Assembly (NCBI GenBank): GCA_934101575.1
Contig: CAKORJ010000001.1
Span: 474,519-538,518, forward strand
Source of the DNA: an uncultured Bacilli bacterium
Lineage (GTDB): Bacteria > Bacillota_I > Bacilli_A > RF39 > UBA660
Length of the DNA: 64,000 bases
Direction of reading: 5' to 3'
Shown: in pieces, positions 9,617-19,445 of the stretch
How positions within the stretch are numbered: the first letter of the stretch is position 1
Layout: each line of letters opens with the position of its first letter
Position numbers and translations under genes: made by a program
The notes under the pieces: generated by a model
What the model saw: the letters and a program-made list of their open reading frames with translations, nothing else
The model's database searches: none
Told to the model about the DNA's origin: nothing

Positions 9617-11760
9617 TATCTCATGATCCTTTCTACATCGTTTACATATTTTATTTTATTTAGGTTTGTCATTAGTTTGGTTAAGTCTTCTAGATTTTTT
9701 ACTAGGACATCTATTGAATAGACATTATTATTACTTTTATTTATTAAGTTTACATTTTCTATTGTTATTCCTAAAGATGCGGATGTTTGGACTATGTCTA
9801 CAATTATGTTTTCTTTTGAAGTTGTGTGAATTATTAGTTCGCTATTATATCTGTTATCTGATTTCTCGTTCCAACTTGCATTTATTTTTCTTTCGTCAAA
9901 GAATTCTACATTACTACATTCTTTTCTATGTATTCTTATACCATTTGATTTTGTTATGTACCCTATTATTTCATCACCTGGGACTGGAAGACAACAGTTT
10001 GCTATATGTGTTTCTATGTTTTTTGTATCACCTACTACTATATCATTGTCTGTTGTTTTTATTACTAGTTTTTGTTTTTTGACTTTTACTTCTTCTTTAT
10101 CTTCATGTTTTATGATACTTTTTGGAGAGAATTTATTATTTCCTATGTTTAGATATATGTCTTCTAAGGATGTTAGTTTAAACTGGTTATATATTCTTTC
10201 AAGGTTTTCTTCTTTCAAAAATTCTGTATTTGATATTTTTCTTCTTCTTAGTTCTTTTTCTAATAGGTCTTTTCCGGCATTTATATAGTCTTCTTTGGTT
10301 GTTCTATTGAAGAAGCTTTTTATTTTGTTTTTTGCTCCGGTTGTTTTTACTATGTTTAACCATTCTCTAGATGGACCTTTGGAATTATTGCTTGTTATTA
10401 TTTTTATTATGTCGGCATTTTTCAATTCATAAGTTAATGGAACCATGTTGTTATTTACGATTGCTCCGGTCATTTTATCTCCTATTTGAGAGTGAACTCT
10501 ATAGGCAAAGTCTATTGGTGTTGCCCCTTTTGGCATTTCCATTACGTCACCTTTTGGAGTGTATACATATATATTATTACTTAGTACTTCATTTTTTACT
10601 TTGTCTACGAAGTCTTCACTTGTTAATTTATCATCTTTTAATTCAATTATTGATTTATAAAATTGTAGTTTTTGTTCTGTTATATTTTGCATTTCTACGG
10701 CAGCGTTTTTATGTTCTTTATAGGCCCAGTGGGATGCTATTCCATTTTCTGCTATTTCATCCATATCATATGTTCTTATTTGAATTTCAAATAGATTACC
10801 TTCTAGACCAAATACTGTGGTATGAAGAGTTTGATATAGATTAGTTTTAGGCATTGCTATAAAGTCTTTAAATCTTTTTGATACTGGTTTATATTTTGAG
10901 TGAATTAAACCTAGTGCTAAGTAGCATTCTTGTTCTTTGTCTACTAGTATTCTTATTGCAAGAAGATCATATATATCATTAAAGCTACGTCCTTTATCTA
11001 GTTTTTTGTATATACTATATATACTTTTAGCACGTCCTTTTATTTCATGTTTTATTCCGTTTTGATTTAGAAGATTGCTTACTTCGTCCATCATCTTTTT
11101 TACGCATTCTTCTCTTTCTTTTTTGGTTTTATTTAATTTTTCTACGACATCTCTATAGGCTTCGGGTTTTAGGTATTTAAGTGATAGTTCTTCTAACTCA
11201 CTTTTTATTTTATTCATTCCTAGTCTATGTGCTATTGGTGCTAGTATTTCTAATGTTTCTTTGGCTTTTCTTTTTTGTTTTTCGTGATCTAAAGCATAAA
11301 GAGTTCTCATGTTATGAAGACGATCTGCTAGTTTAATTATTATTACTCTTACATCTTCACTCATTCCTACTATTATTTTTTTGTAGTAGCTTGTTAAGTA
11401 TTCATTATCTGTGGATACATTTATATTATTTATTTTTGTTACTCCATCGACTAGATTGGCCACGGTTTCTCCAAATTTTTCTTTTATGTCATTTTTGCTT
11501 GTTTCAGTATCTTCGACTACGTCGTGAAGGAGCGCTGCTATAATTGTATCTTTATCGGCATTTATTGAAGTTAGGATATATGCTACAAAAAGTGGATGTA
11601 TTATGTACTCTTCTCCGGTTTTTCTATATTGACCTTTATGTTTTTCTTTAGCGTATAAATATGCTTTTTTTATTTCTTTTTGATCTTCTTCGGATAAATA
11701 CTCCTTTATTCTTTTTTCTAAATCTTCGTAATCTATTGTTCTATTTGTCAAGCTTATCAC
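9616..11760 (-). CDS. relA: Bifunctional (p)ppGpp synthetase/hydrolase, RelA/SpoT (Rel) family
   Basis: 714 aa. HD hydrolase domain (HPLFVAYIL, HDVVEDT), synthetase block (RAKSIYSIYKKL, DLLAIRILV, FEIQIRT), then TGS and C-terminal ACT-like regions. Conserved rel-dtd gene pair. Confidence 0.92.
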   Translation of the reverse strand: MISLTNRTIDYEDLEKRIKEYLSEEDQKEIKKAYLYAKEKHKGQYRKTGEEYIIHPLFVAYILTSINADKDTIIAALLHDVVEDTETSKNDIKEKFGETVANLVDGVTKINNINVSTDNEYLTSYYKKIIVGMSEDVRVIIIKLADRLHNMRTLYALDHEKQKRKAKETLEILAPIAHRLGMNKIKSELEELSLKYLKPEAYRDVVEKLNKTKKEREECVKKMMDEVSNLLNQNGIKHEIKGRAKSIYSIYKKLDKGRSFNDIYDLLAIRILVDKEQECYLALGLIHSKYKPVSKRFKDFIAMPKTNLYQTLHTTVFGLEGNLFEIQIRTYDMDEIAENGIASHWAYKEHKNAAVEMQNITEQKLQFYKSIIELKDDKLTSEDFVDKVKNEVLSNNIYVYTPKGDVMEMPKGATPIDFAYRVHSQIGDKMTGAIVNNNMVPLTYELKNADIIKIITSNNSKGPSREWLNIVKTTGAKNKIKSFFNRTTKEDYINAGKDLLEKELRRRKISNTEFLKEENLERIYNQFKLTSLEDIYLNIGNNKFSPKSIIKHEDKEEVKVKKQKLVIKTTDNDIVVGDTKNIETHIANCCLPVPGDEIIGYITKSNGIRIHRKECSNVEFFDERKINASWNEKSDNRYNSELIIHTTSKENIIVDIVQTSASLGITIENVNLINKSNNNVYSIDVLVKNLEDLTKLMTNLNKIKYVNDVERIMR

Positions 11761-11966
11761 CTCATTTTACTTATTTCTAGTTTTAAAATATCATTTACTA
11801 TTTCATTTAACGACAGGTTTTTACTGTGCATCCATTTGTTTTGTTTTAAATATAGCCAGATATCTTCTTCACTAATGTTATGTCCTAATGTTTTAAAATC
11901 ATTTGCTCTTTTGCTTAAAGCAGGCATTACTCTTTCTTTTAGTTCTTCTAATGAATTAAAGTTCAT
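11757..11966 (-). CDS. ComN/YrzD-like post-transcriptional regulator family protein
   Basis: 69 aa. LEELKERVMPALSKRANDFKTLGHNISEEDIWLYLKQNKW..LNEIVNDILKLEIS parallels Bacillus ComN (recollection). 4-nt overlap with relA. Confidence 0.5.
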   Translation of the reverse strand: MNFNSLEELKERVMPALSKRANDFKTLGHNISEEDIWLYLKQNKWMHSKNLSLNEIVNDILKLEISKMR

Positions 11967-12007
11967 ATTATCACTCCTAATATTTATTTAATTATATATT
12001 AATTTAT

Positions 12008-12865
12008 TTAATTTTTAAAGTTTAAATAGGGTTTCATTTTATCTTTATATGGTCCATATAGAAATAAATCTTGTTGGTCTTTTGTAAATAGGATGTAATT
12101 ATTACTTAATTTAGGAATTATTCCGCCATTTGTTATTATTTTTTCTAACTCTTTAGGAGGAGTCATCTCTTCTAAATTAAATATTTCTCTTATATCTAAC
12201 AATTTATATCTATCTTGTTTTATGTCTTCTAGAGTGCAGGCTTCTTCTATATTAAATGGTCCTTGTGCTACTCTTTCTAGATTACTCATACAAAGAGGCA
12301 CTTCTAATTGTTTGGATATATCATTTATTAGACTTCTTATATAGGTTCCTTTACTGACATGGCATGTAAATGAAAAATATTTTTTATGTTCTTTTTCATA
12401 TGTTTTTATTTCATTTATATCATAGATTGTTACTTCTTTTTTTGGAAGTGATACTTGTTTATTTTCTCTTGCATACTCATATAGTTTTTTACCATGTAGT
12501 TTTACTGCACTATAGATTGGTACTTGTTGATTGTAAGTTTTTATAAAACTTTTTAGGGTTTCTTCTATTTTATTTTGTGTTATGTTTATGTTTTCTTTTG
12601 TTTCTAAGACTTTTCCTGTTATATCATAGGTATCTGTACTTGTTCCTATTAATACTTCGGCTTTGTATTTTTTGTCATCGAATAAATTAAAGTTTCCTAT
12701 TTTTGTTAGAGCTCCTATTCCTATTATTAGGAGCCCTGTTGCTAAGGGATCTAATGTTCCTAGGTGCCCTACTTTTTTTGTATCTAGTTTTTTTGATATT
12801 ATGTTTACTATGTCTCTTGAGGTGTAGTTTTTTTCTTTGTTTACTAATATTACTTTATTTATCAT
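12008..12865 (-). CDS. truB: tRNA pseudouridine(55) synthase
   Basis: 285 aa. Contains the catalytic-Asp block KVGHLGTLDPLATGLL. TruB length and layout. Confidence 0.9.
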   Translation of the reverse strand: MINKVILVNKEKNYTSRDIVNIISKKLDTKKVGHLGTLDPLATGLLIIGIGALTKIGNFNLFDDKKYKAEVLIGTSTDTYDITGKVLETKENINITQNKIEETLKSFIKTYNQQVPIYSAVKLHGKKLYEYARENKQVSLPKKEVTIYDINEIKTYEKEHKKYFSFTCHVSKGTYIRSLINDISKQLEVPLCMSNLERVAQGPFNIEEACTLEDIKQDRYKLLDIREIFNLEEMTPPKELEKIITNGGIIPKLSNNYILFTKDQQDLFLYGPYKDKMKPYLNFKN

Positions 12866-12923
12866 ATGATCACTTCCAAATATATATAAATTATATCAAA
12901 AAAAAGAAGATTTTTAAACCTTC

Positions 12924-14681
12924 TTACATTGCTCTTTTAAATAGTTTTTCTAGTTCATAGAATGTATAATTTATTACTGTTGGTCTTCCATGAGGACATG
13001 TATAAGGGTTTTCACACTTTAATAATGTTTCTAATAGTTGTTCTGCTTCTTCTAGGGAAATATAATCATTTGCTTTTATGGCCATTTTACATGATAGATT
13101 TATGGCTACTTTTTCGTTAAATTTTTCTTTAGAAAAGCTTTTTTCTTTTATTACTATTTCTAATATTTTTCTTAATGATTCTGTTATATATCTTGGATTT
13201 ATCCATTTTGGATGTTTTCTTATTACTACTGTGTTATGACCAAATTCTTCATATTCTATTCCTATTTTTTCTACTACTTCTTTTTTGTCTTTTAGTTCTA
13301 GAAATTCTTCATTTGTGAACTCTAGTTTTATGGGGATTAGGACTTCGGTTAACTCTTTTGTTTCTTTTCCTAACTCTTTTTTGTATTTTTCATAATTTAT
13401 TCTTTCTTGCGCTGCATGTTGGTCTATTATATACATTCCATCGTCATTTTCTCCGACTATATATGTATTGTGAACTATTCCTACTGGTGTTATCTTTTTT
13501 ACTGTTTCTTTTTCTTTTGGAGTTTCTACACTATATATTTGTTGTTCTTCTTCTACATTAAAGTCAAATGATATTTCTTCATATTCTGGTTTTACCTGTT
13601 CTATACTTTTGTCTTTGAAATCTAGTGCTGTGTTTATGGTAGTTATTTTATCTATGTTTGATACTACTTTTTCTGATGATTTTATTTCTGGGACTAATAC
13701 TAGTTTTAGTAGTGCATTATTTATTGTTTTATATAATAGATCTTGTAATTCTTCTTGTTTTGAGAACTTTATGTCCATTTTTGTTGGGTGGACGTTTACA
13801 TCTATTATTGATGTGTCTGCTTCTATGTTTATTACTACTATTGGGTTTCTTCCTATTCCTAGATAAGTATGATATGCTTCTAATATTGTTTTTATTATAC
13901 TATTATTTCTTATATATCTTCCGTTTACAAACATTGTTATAAAGTTTCTTGATGCTCTGTTTACTTCTGGATATGATATGTATCCATTTATTTCATAGTC
14001 ACTGTTTTCAGCATTTATTTTTATCATTTTTTTTGTTACATCTAAGCCGTATATACTATTTATTACTTTTAGGAGATTCCCTGAGCCATCTGTGTTTAAT
14101 AGTGTTTTGTCATTGTTTAGTAGAGTAAATTTAACATTTGGATATGATAGAGACATTTTGTTTACATATGATGTTATGTTAGCTAGTTCTGTATGAAGGT
14201 TTTTTAAATATTTTAATCTTGCTGGGGTGTTATAGAAAATATCTTTTACTGTTATTTTTGTTCCTGTTCTTAAAGATGACGATTCTACTTTTTCTATAAT
14301 TCCTCCATTTATTGTTACTGTTGTACCTTCATTATTATCTGATGTTTCTATTTGCATTTTGGCCACTGATGCTATGGAAGGAAGTGCTTCCCCTCTAAAA
14401 CCTAGAGTGTCTATATGAAATAGATCTTCATCTTTATATAATTTACTTGTTGCATGTCTTTTTAAACAGTTTTGGGCATCTTCTCTACTCATTCCTATTC
14501 CATCATCTGATACACATATTTCTCTTGTTCCTGCGTCTATTAATGATATTTTTATATTTGTTGCTTCGGCATCAATACTATTTTCTACTAGTTCTTTTAC
14601 TACATTCATTAATGTTTCTACTACTTCACCAGCGGCTATTTTATTTGATAGATTGATGTCCATTACTTTTATTTTGTTCAT
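12924..14681 (-). CDS. mutL: DNA mismatch repair endonuclease MutL
   Basis: 585 aa. GHKL ATPase N-domain (IAAGEVVE, ELVENSIDA, DDGIGM, GFRGEAL). C-terminal endonuclease motif DQHAAQERINYEK, plus CPHGRP. Confidence 0.93.
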   Translation of the reverse strand: MNKIKVMDINLSNKIAAGEVVETLMNVVKELVENSIDAEATNIKISLIDAGTREICVSDDGIGMSREDAQNCLKRHATSKLYKDEDLFHIDTLGFRGEALPSIASVAKMQIETSDNNEGTTVTINGGIIEKVESSSLRTGTKITVKDIFYNTPARLKYLKNLHTELANITSYVNKMSLSYPNVKFTLLNNDKTLLNTDGSGNLLKVINSIYGLDVTKKMIKINAENSDYEINGYISYPEVNRASRNFITMFVNGRYIRNNSIIKTILEAYHTYLGIGRNPIVVINIEADTSIIDVNVHPTKMDIKFSKQEELQDLLYKTINNALLKLVLVPEIKSSEKVVSNIDKITTINTALDFKDKSIEQVKPEYEEISFDFNVEEEQQIYSVETPKEKETVKKITPVGIVHNTYIVGENDDGMYIIDQHAAQERINYEKYKKELGKETKELTEVLIPIKLEFTNEEFLELKDKKEVVEKIGIEYEEFGHNTVVIRKHPKWINPRYITESLRKILEIVIKEKSFSKEKFNEKVAINLSCKMAIKANDYISLEEAEQLLETLLKCENPYTCPHGRPTVINYTFYELEKLFKRAM

Positions 14682-14693
14682 GATTTATCCCTT

Positions 14694-15260
14694 CTATTTA
14701 GTAAAGTATCTACATAGGCTATTTGAATTCTCATAGTCATTTATTACTTCTTCACCGTTTACTTTTAATATTATACATAATAGTTCTTCTTTAGATGGTT
14801 CTATAGCTCCATTATTTTTTTGACATGATTTTATTATTTTATTATCTTTTACTGTTGTAGTTACTAGACATGTTCCATCTGCAATTTGTTTTTCTTCTGT
14901 TTGGCTTTCATTTGTATAGTTTGTTTTGTTTAGCAAATCTCCTTTTATTTTTAGGTTAAACTCACTGCCATTTATATCTTTTAGGCTTAGCCTTTGACCA
15001 TTGAAGCTTAATTCTTCAAAGTATGAGTTGTAGGCTTTATTATTATCATTACTTATTGTTATATTTTTTTCATACTTTCCCATTTGTCCTTGTCTATATG
15101 TATCGTATGCTGCTTCTATAGTTGAATGAAGCTGGATTAGTTCTTTGTCTCTTACTTCTTTTCTATATCTTGATACTCCGACTATTGCTATTGTTGATAG
15201 TATTCCTAATATTACTATTATTGCCATTAGTTCTACTATTGTAAATCCTTTATTCTTCAT
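14694..15260 (-). CDS. Prepilin-type N-terminal cleavage/methylation domain protein (type IV pilin or pseudopilin)
   Basis: 188 aa. MKNKG|FTIVELMAIIVILGILSTIAIV is a textbook class III signal: G-F-T-x-x-E followed by a hydrophobic helix. It lies 12 nt upstream of mutL on the same strand. Confidence 0.8.
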   Translation of the reverse strand: MKNKGFTIVELMAIIVILGILSTIAIVGVSRYRKEVRDKELIQLHSTIEAAYDTYRQGQMGKYEKNITISNDNNKAYNSYFEELSFNGQRLSLKDINGSEFNLKIKGDLLNKTNYTNESQTEEKQIADGTCLVTTTVKDNKIIKSCQKNNGAIEPSKEELLCIILKVNGEEVINDYENSNSLCRYFTK

Positions 15261-15313
15261 AGTTAAACACCTCTATTAGTATTTTAACATAAAAAAAAAT
15301 AAAAAAGAAGATT

Positions 15314-16012
15314 CTAGTAATTTATTTCTCCTTTTCTTATAAATTCTCTTAATATTTTAGTTATTGCTCTTTTTTCTATTCTTGATACATAACTTCTTGA
15401 TATATTTAGGTCTTTTGCTATTTCTTTTTGCGTTTTTTCTTCTTCGTTGTTTAGTCCATATCTTTTTATTAGTATTTCTTTTTCTCTTGGTGTTAGTTTT
15501 TTGATATATTCTTTTAAATCTTTTATGTTGTCTTTTAGATGCATTTTTTCTATATAGTCTGGTTTTGGTGTTTTTAAAACATCTAGTATTGTTATATCGT
15601 TTCCTTCTTTATCATATCCTATTGAATCATCTAAGGATATGTTATTGTTATTTTTTTTGTTACTTCTAAAGAACATTAATATTTCATTTTCTATGCATTT
15701 GGCACAGTATGTTGTTATTTTTGTTCCATGTTTTTTGGAATATGAATCTATTCCTTTTATTAATCCTATGGTTCCTATGCTTATTAAATCATCATTATCT
15801 ATATTAGTGTTTTCATATTTTTTTGTTATATGGGCAACTAATCTTAAATTATGTTCTATTAGTTTATCTCTGGCTGTTTTATCTTTTTTTAGTAATAGAT
15901 TTATATATTTTTCTTCTTCTTCTTTTGATAATGGTTCTTTAAATACGTTATTTGAATATGATGTTTTGAATAACATTAGTGTTTTTAGTATTGAAAGAAT
16001 ACTTGTTAACAT
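15314..16012 (-). CDS. sigK: Sporulation sigma factor SigK (pro-sigma-K), uninterrupted
   Basis: 232 aa with a pro-sequence-like hydrophobic N-terminus. NNVFKEPLSKEEEEKY, LIEHNLRLVAHITKKYENT, DLISIGTIGLIKGIDSY, CIENEILMFFR, ISRSYVSRIEKRA are near-collinear with B. subtilis SigK. Confidence 0.8.
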   Translation of the reverse strand: MLTSILSILKTLMLFKTSYSNNVFKEPLSKEEEEKYINLLLKKDKTARDKLIEHNLRLVAHITKKYENTNIDNDDLISIGTIGLIKGIDSYSKKHGTKITTYCAKCIENEILMFFRSNKKNNNNISLDDSIGYDKEGNDITILDVLKTPKPDYIEKMHLKDNIKDLKEYIKKLTPREKEILIKRYGLNNEEEKTQKEIAKDLNISRSYVSRIEKRAITKILREFIRKGEINY

Positions 16013-16094
16013 ATTATCACCTAATTAATAATATGAGTTTTGTTTTTTTATATGTTTTTATTTTTTTATGTGATACAATTATTGTGGTGATAGT

Positions 16095-16508
16095 ATGAAG
16101 AAGGAAAAATCTTGTGGGTGTGTTGTTTATAAAATTATTGGTGAGGATATTTATTTTTTAATTATTAAGCATCTTGCTGGGCATTATTCTTTTCCTAAAG
16201 GACATGTAGAGAGTAATGAGTCTGAACATGATACTGCTTTAAGAGAAGTAAAAGAAGAAACTGGTTTTGATATTTCTTTTACTGGAGATTTTCGTGATGT
16301 TATTACATATAGTCCAGATAGTAATACTTTAAAGGATGTTGTGTTTTTCTTAGGTTGTGTTTCTGGGGGCGCTTTATCTATTCAAGAGGAAGAAGTTTCT
16401 TTTGCAGATTGGTTTGATTATGATTCTGCGTTTAACATTATTACTTATAATGAAGATAGAAATGTTTTAAAAAGGGCATATAATTATATTAGAGAGAATA
16501 ATCTTTAG
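16095..16508 (+). CDS. NUDIX hydrolase
   Basis: 137 aa. Nudix box GHVESNESEHDTALREVKEETG, matching G-x5-E-x7-REVxEETG. Confidence 0.8.
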   Translation: MKKEKSCGCVVYKIIGEDIYFLIIKHLAGHYSFPKGHVESNESEHDTALREVKEETGFDISFTGDFRDVITYSPDSNTLKDVVFFLGCVSGGALSIQEEEVSFADWFDYDSAFNIITYNEDRNVLKRAYNYIRENNL

Positions 16509-16559
16509 TTTTTTGGAAAGTTATTCTTTTTTTTACATATAAATATATAGGTGAAGAAA

Positions 16560-17093
16560 ATGAAAGATAAATTTAATAGTGATTATTATAATGTTTTTAG
16601 AAAAGATATTGATGATATTTTTGATAAATTTGATTCTTATATTGCTAATTTGGATGATTGGTATTTTGATCAGAGTGTTATTTTAGAAGATGATAAGAGT
16701 ATTGTTTTTAAGTCTATTTGTGATGGTGATAAAAAACTTGGTAATCAGATTATTACTAAATGTTTTGGAGATAATGCATCTTATAATCTAATTATTTTAG
16801 ATAATTTTATTAGTTTAACTGTTTCTTCTTATGAGAATAATAATTTGGTCAAAGAGTCTAGAAAAATAACTTTTGAGGATAATGTATGTATTAGAGAGTG
16901 TTCTGTAAGTGTTAATGATAATGATTTTAAATATAGAGAAATGCATGACTTTAACGGTGGTAATACTTGTGTTATTGATAGTGATTTTTCTTATGAATGT
17001 CTTTTTGATAAATCTTTAGATGAGATTATTGGTGTTATTAAAAATTCTTGTGATATTTTGAAGAAGTCTAAGATTCTTAAAAGATCTTTATAG
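16560..17093 (+). CDS. Hypothetical protein
   Basis: 177 aa from the ATG 5 nt after AGGTGA (the track ORF starts 9 nt earlier at a GTG). Acidic, Cys-containing, with no recognised family. Confidence 0.45.
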   Translation: MKDKFNSDYYNVFRKDIDDIFDKFDSYIANLDDWYFDQSVILEDDKSIVFKSICDGDKKLGNQIITKCFGDNASYNLIILDNFISLTVSSYENNNLVKESRKITFEDNVCIRECSVSVNDNDFKYREMHDFNGGNTCVIDSDFSYECLFDKSLDEIIGVIKNSCDILKKSKILKRSL

Positions 17094-17102
17094 GTCTTTT
17101 TA

Positions 17103-18227
17103 TTATAGTTTTATCATTTTTACTTTGTTTTTATCTAGCTCTAACTTATCTTTATTTAGGGAGAAGACAAAGTTTTTACCACTATGGTTATATCTTCCGT
17201 TTGTTTCTCTTTCTTTTGTTATGATATTTTTTTCTAATAAGGGATCTAGCATTTCTTCTTTTATGTCTTTTATTCGTTTTTTTTCGTTTTTTTGATTATA
17301 TAGATAAGTATAATCTTTTAGAGTTCTTAATCCTTTCATTGATAATATATCTAGAACTGTAGTTATTTCTGTTGTAGATAAGTTTTTATTTTGAGTACTT
17401 TGTATTACTTGCATTATATATTCTTTTTCTAGTTCTTGTTTTACACTTTTTAATAAATAATTTATAAAGCTTGTTAGATTGTTGCTTTGTTTTGCTTTTA
17501 GTATTTCTTTATAGTATATGTTTTTGGTGTTTCCTATTCCTCTATTAAATATTATATAGGGATAGGCTTCGTTTTTTAAAAGATGCCACATTGAGGTTGT
17601 TCGGGCTGTTCTACCATTTATATCAAAGTATGGATGAATATATATGAAGTAGAAATGAGCTATTTGAGATTTTATATAGTGATCGGTCATTGTTTCTTCT
17701 TTTTGATTATTTAAAAACTTAAAGTAATTATTCATATGCTCTTCTATTTGTTGTTTTTGTATTCCTTTATCTGGTGGTATTTGAACATTGTCTGAATAGT
17801 ATATAAAAACATCGTCATCTCTATAGTAAGGTCCCATATGGTCTAAATCATATTTTGATAATAAGTCTTTTGATAGAACTTTATATAGTGTTTTTAGGTT
17901 TTCTTTACTTATTTCTTGTTTTGTTAATATATATTTGTATCCTTTATATAGATTTATTATTCTACTTCTTTTTTCTTTGTCTTTTATACTTGAATCGTTT
18001 TTTATTATTTCTTCTATTTCTTCTATGTTATCGAAGTACCCTTCTATGTTATTGTTTGTTTTTACTTCTTGAGATTGCATTACTTTTTTTGAGAAGGACA
18101 ATGTTTTCATTTCTTTTTCGTCTTTTAGAAATGTTTCTAGTTCTTCTTTTATTGGGTTTAATCTTTTTAAATCTATGTAAAAGTTTGTGTTTTTGTCTGT
18201 TTTTATTCCTTGTATTTGTTCTATCAT
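17103..18227 (-). CDS. Fic/DOC family protein (probable AMPylase-type), Fic_N-containing
   Basis: Fic motif variant HPYFDINGRTARTTSMW (canonical HxFx[D/E]GNGRxxR). N-terminal NNNIEGY resembles the Fic_N / inhibitory-helix region. Start placed at the ATG 4 nt after AAAGGAGGA (Met48 of the track ORF). The longer ORF would overlap the divergent tmcAL gene. Confidence 0.8.
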   Translation of the reverse strand: MIEQIQGIKTDKNTNFYIDLKRLNPIKEELETFLKDEKEMKTLSFSKKVMQSQEVKTNNNIEGYFDNIEEIEEIIKNDSSIKDKEKRSRIINLYKGYKYILTKQEISKENLKTLYKVLSKDLLSKYDLDHMGPYYRDDDVFIYYSDNVQIPPDKGIQKQQIEEHMNNYFKFLNNQKEETMTDHYIKSQIAHFYFIYIHPYFDINGRTARTTSMWHLLKNEAYPYIIFNRGIGNTKNIYYKEILKAKQSNNLTSFINYLLKSVKQELEKEYIMQVIQSTQNKNLSTTEITTVLDILSMKGLRTLKDYTYLYNQKNEKKRIKDIKEEMLDPLLEKNIITKERETNGRYNHSGKNFVFSLNKDKLELDKNKVKMIKL

Positions 18228-18317
18228 ATGTCCTCCTTTTAGTTTTTTATTATATACTATATTTTGCTTAATTGCTATATTATTTCTTTTATTGTATAAT
18301 AATTTCAGGTGATTTTT

Positions 18318-19439
18318 ATGGATGTTATTGGTATTGTTGCTGAGTATAATCCTTTTCATAATGGACATTTATATCATATTAATAAAATTAAGGAGATGTA
18401 TCCGGATTCTGTTTTAATAGCTTGTGTTTCTTCTTCTTTTACTCAACGAGGAGAAGTTAGTGTTTTAAACAAATGGGATAAAACTAGTATTGCTCTTAAA
18501 AATGGAATTGATATAGTCGTGGAACTTCCTTTTGTTTATTCTACTCAAAGTGCGGATATTTTTGCTTATGGTGCTCTTAAAATCCTTAATTTTCTTGGCG
18601 TTAAGAAGATTGTTTTTGGTAGTGAATGCGATGATATTGACAGACTTTATGAAATAGCAAATGTACAAGTTAATAATAAAGAGTTTGATGATTTAGTTAG
18701 TAAGTATGTTAGTTTAGGTAATAATTATCCTACTAGTATTTCTCTTGCTTTAAAGAATTTTAATATAAAAAAAATTGATAGTCCTAATGATTTGCTTGGA
18801 GTTTCTTATATTAAGGAAATTATTAAGAATGAATATGATATTGTTCCTGTTTCTATAAAAAGGACTAATAATTATCATGGTAACAATATTGGTAATGTTC
18901 TTAGTGCTAGTGAGCTTAGAAATATGATTAATGATGGATGTGATATTAGTAAATATATCAATTATGATTCTAGTATTATTTATAGTGGTGCTAATTATAT
19001 GAAGTTACTTAGATATCAAATTATCAGTAATTATAACTGTTTAGATAAGTTTTTGACCGTGGATGAAGGGATTGAAAATAGAATTCTTAAGTATGTTAAT
19101 TCTGGTTACTCTATTTCTGATATTGTTAATCATATTAAGACTAAGAGGTACACGTATAATAAAATCAATAGGATGCTTATTCATATTCTTTGCTCTCTTA
19201 AGAAAGATGAGGCTTCTTTAGATATTGATTATGTTAGAATTCTTGGTTTTAGTAGCTTTGGAAGATCATATTTAAATAAAATTAAGAAGGGGTCTAATGT
19301 TCCTATTATTACCAGGTATAAAGATATTGATAGTCCTTTGCTTGATATTGAAAAAAGAGTTACTTTTATATATTCGTTAATTGTTAATGAAGATAACTTA
19401 ATAAAAAAAGAATTTAGTAAACCTATTTTTTGGGACTAA
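18318..19439 (+). CDS. tmcAL: tRNA(Met) cytidine acetate ligase (YlbM/TmcAL, HIGH nucleotidyltransferase)
   Basis: Near-collinear with B. subtilis YlbM: MDVIGIVAEYNPFHNGHLYHI, RGEVSVLNKWDKTSIAL, GIDIVVELPFVYSTQSA, FGSE, TKRYTYNKINRMLIHIL. Start placed at the ATG 6 nt after AGGTGA. Confidence 0.8.
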   Translation: MDVIGIVAEYNPFHNGHLYHINKIKEMYPDSVLIACVSSSFTQRGEVSVLNKWDKTSIALKNGIDIVVELPFVYSTQSADIFAYGALKILNFLGVKKIVFGSECDDIDRLYEIANVQVNNKEFDDLVSKYVSLGNNYPTSISLALKNFNIKKIDSPNDLLGVSYIKEIIKNEYDIVPVSIKRTNNYHGNNIGNVLSASELRNMINDGCDISKYINYDSSIIYSGANYMKLLRYQIISNYNCLDKFLTVDEGIENRILKYVNSGYSISDIVNHIKTKRYTYNKINRMLIHILCSLKKDEASLDIDYVRILGFSSFGRSYLNKIKKGSNVPIITRYKDIDSPLLDIEKRVTFIYSLIVNEDNLIKKEFSKPIFWD

Positions 19440-19445
19440 GTTCTT

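Noticed and set aside
15314-16012. Checked sigK for a skin-like intervening element or split gene.
   Set aside because: The ORF is collinear with full-length pro-sigma-K from pro-sequence to region 4. There is no interruption and no recombinase nearby.
18228-18368. A 47-codon N-terminal extension of the Fic ORF that would overlap the divergent tmcAL gene.
   Set aside because: The extension has no SD, is low-complexity N/K-rich, and overlaps tmcAL and its ribosome-binding region. An ATG with AAAGGAGGA at ideal spacing lies at 18227.
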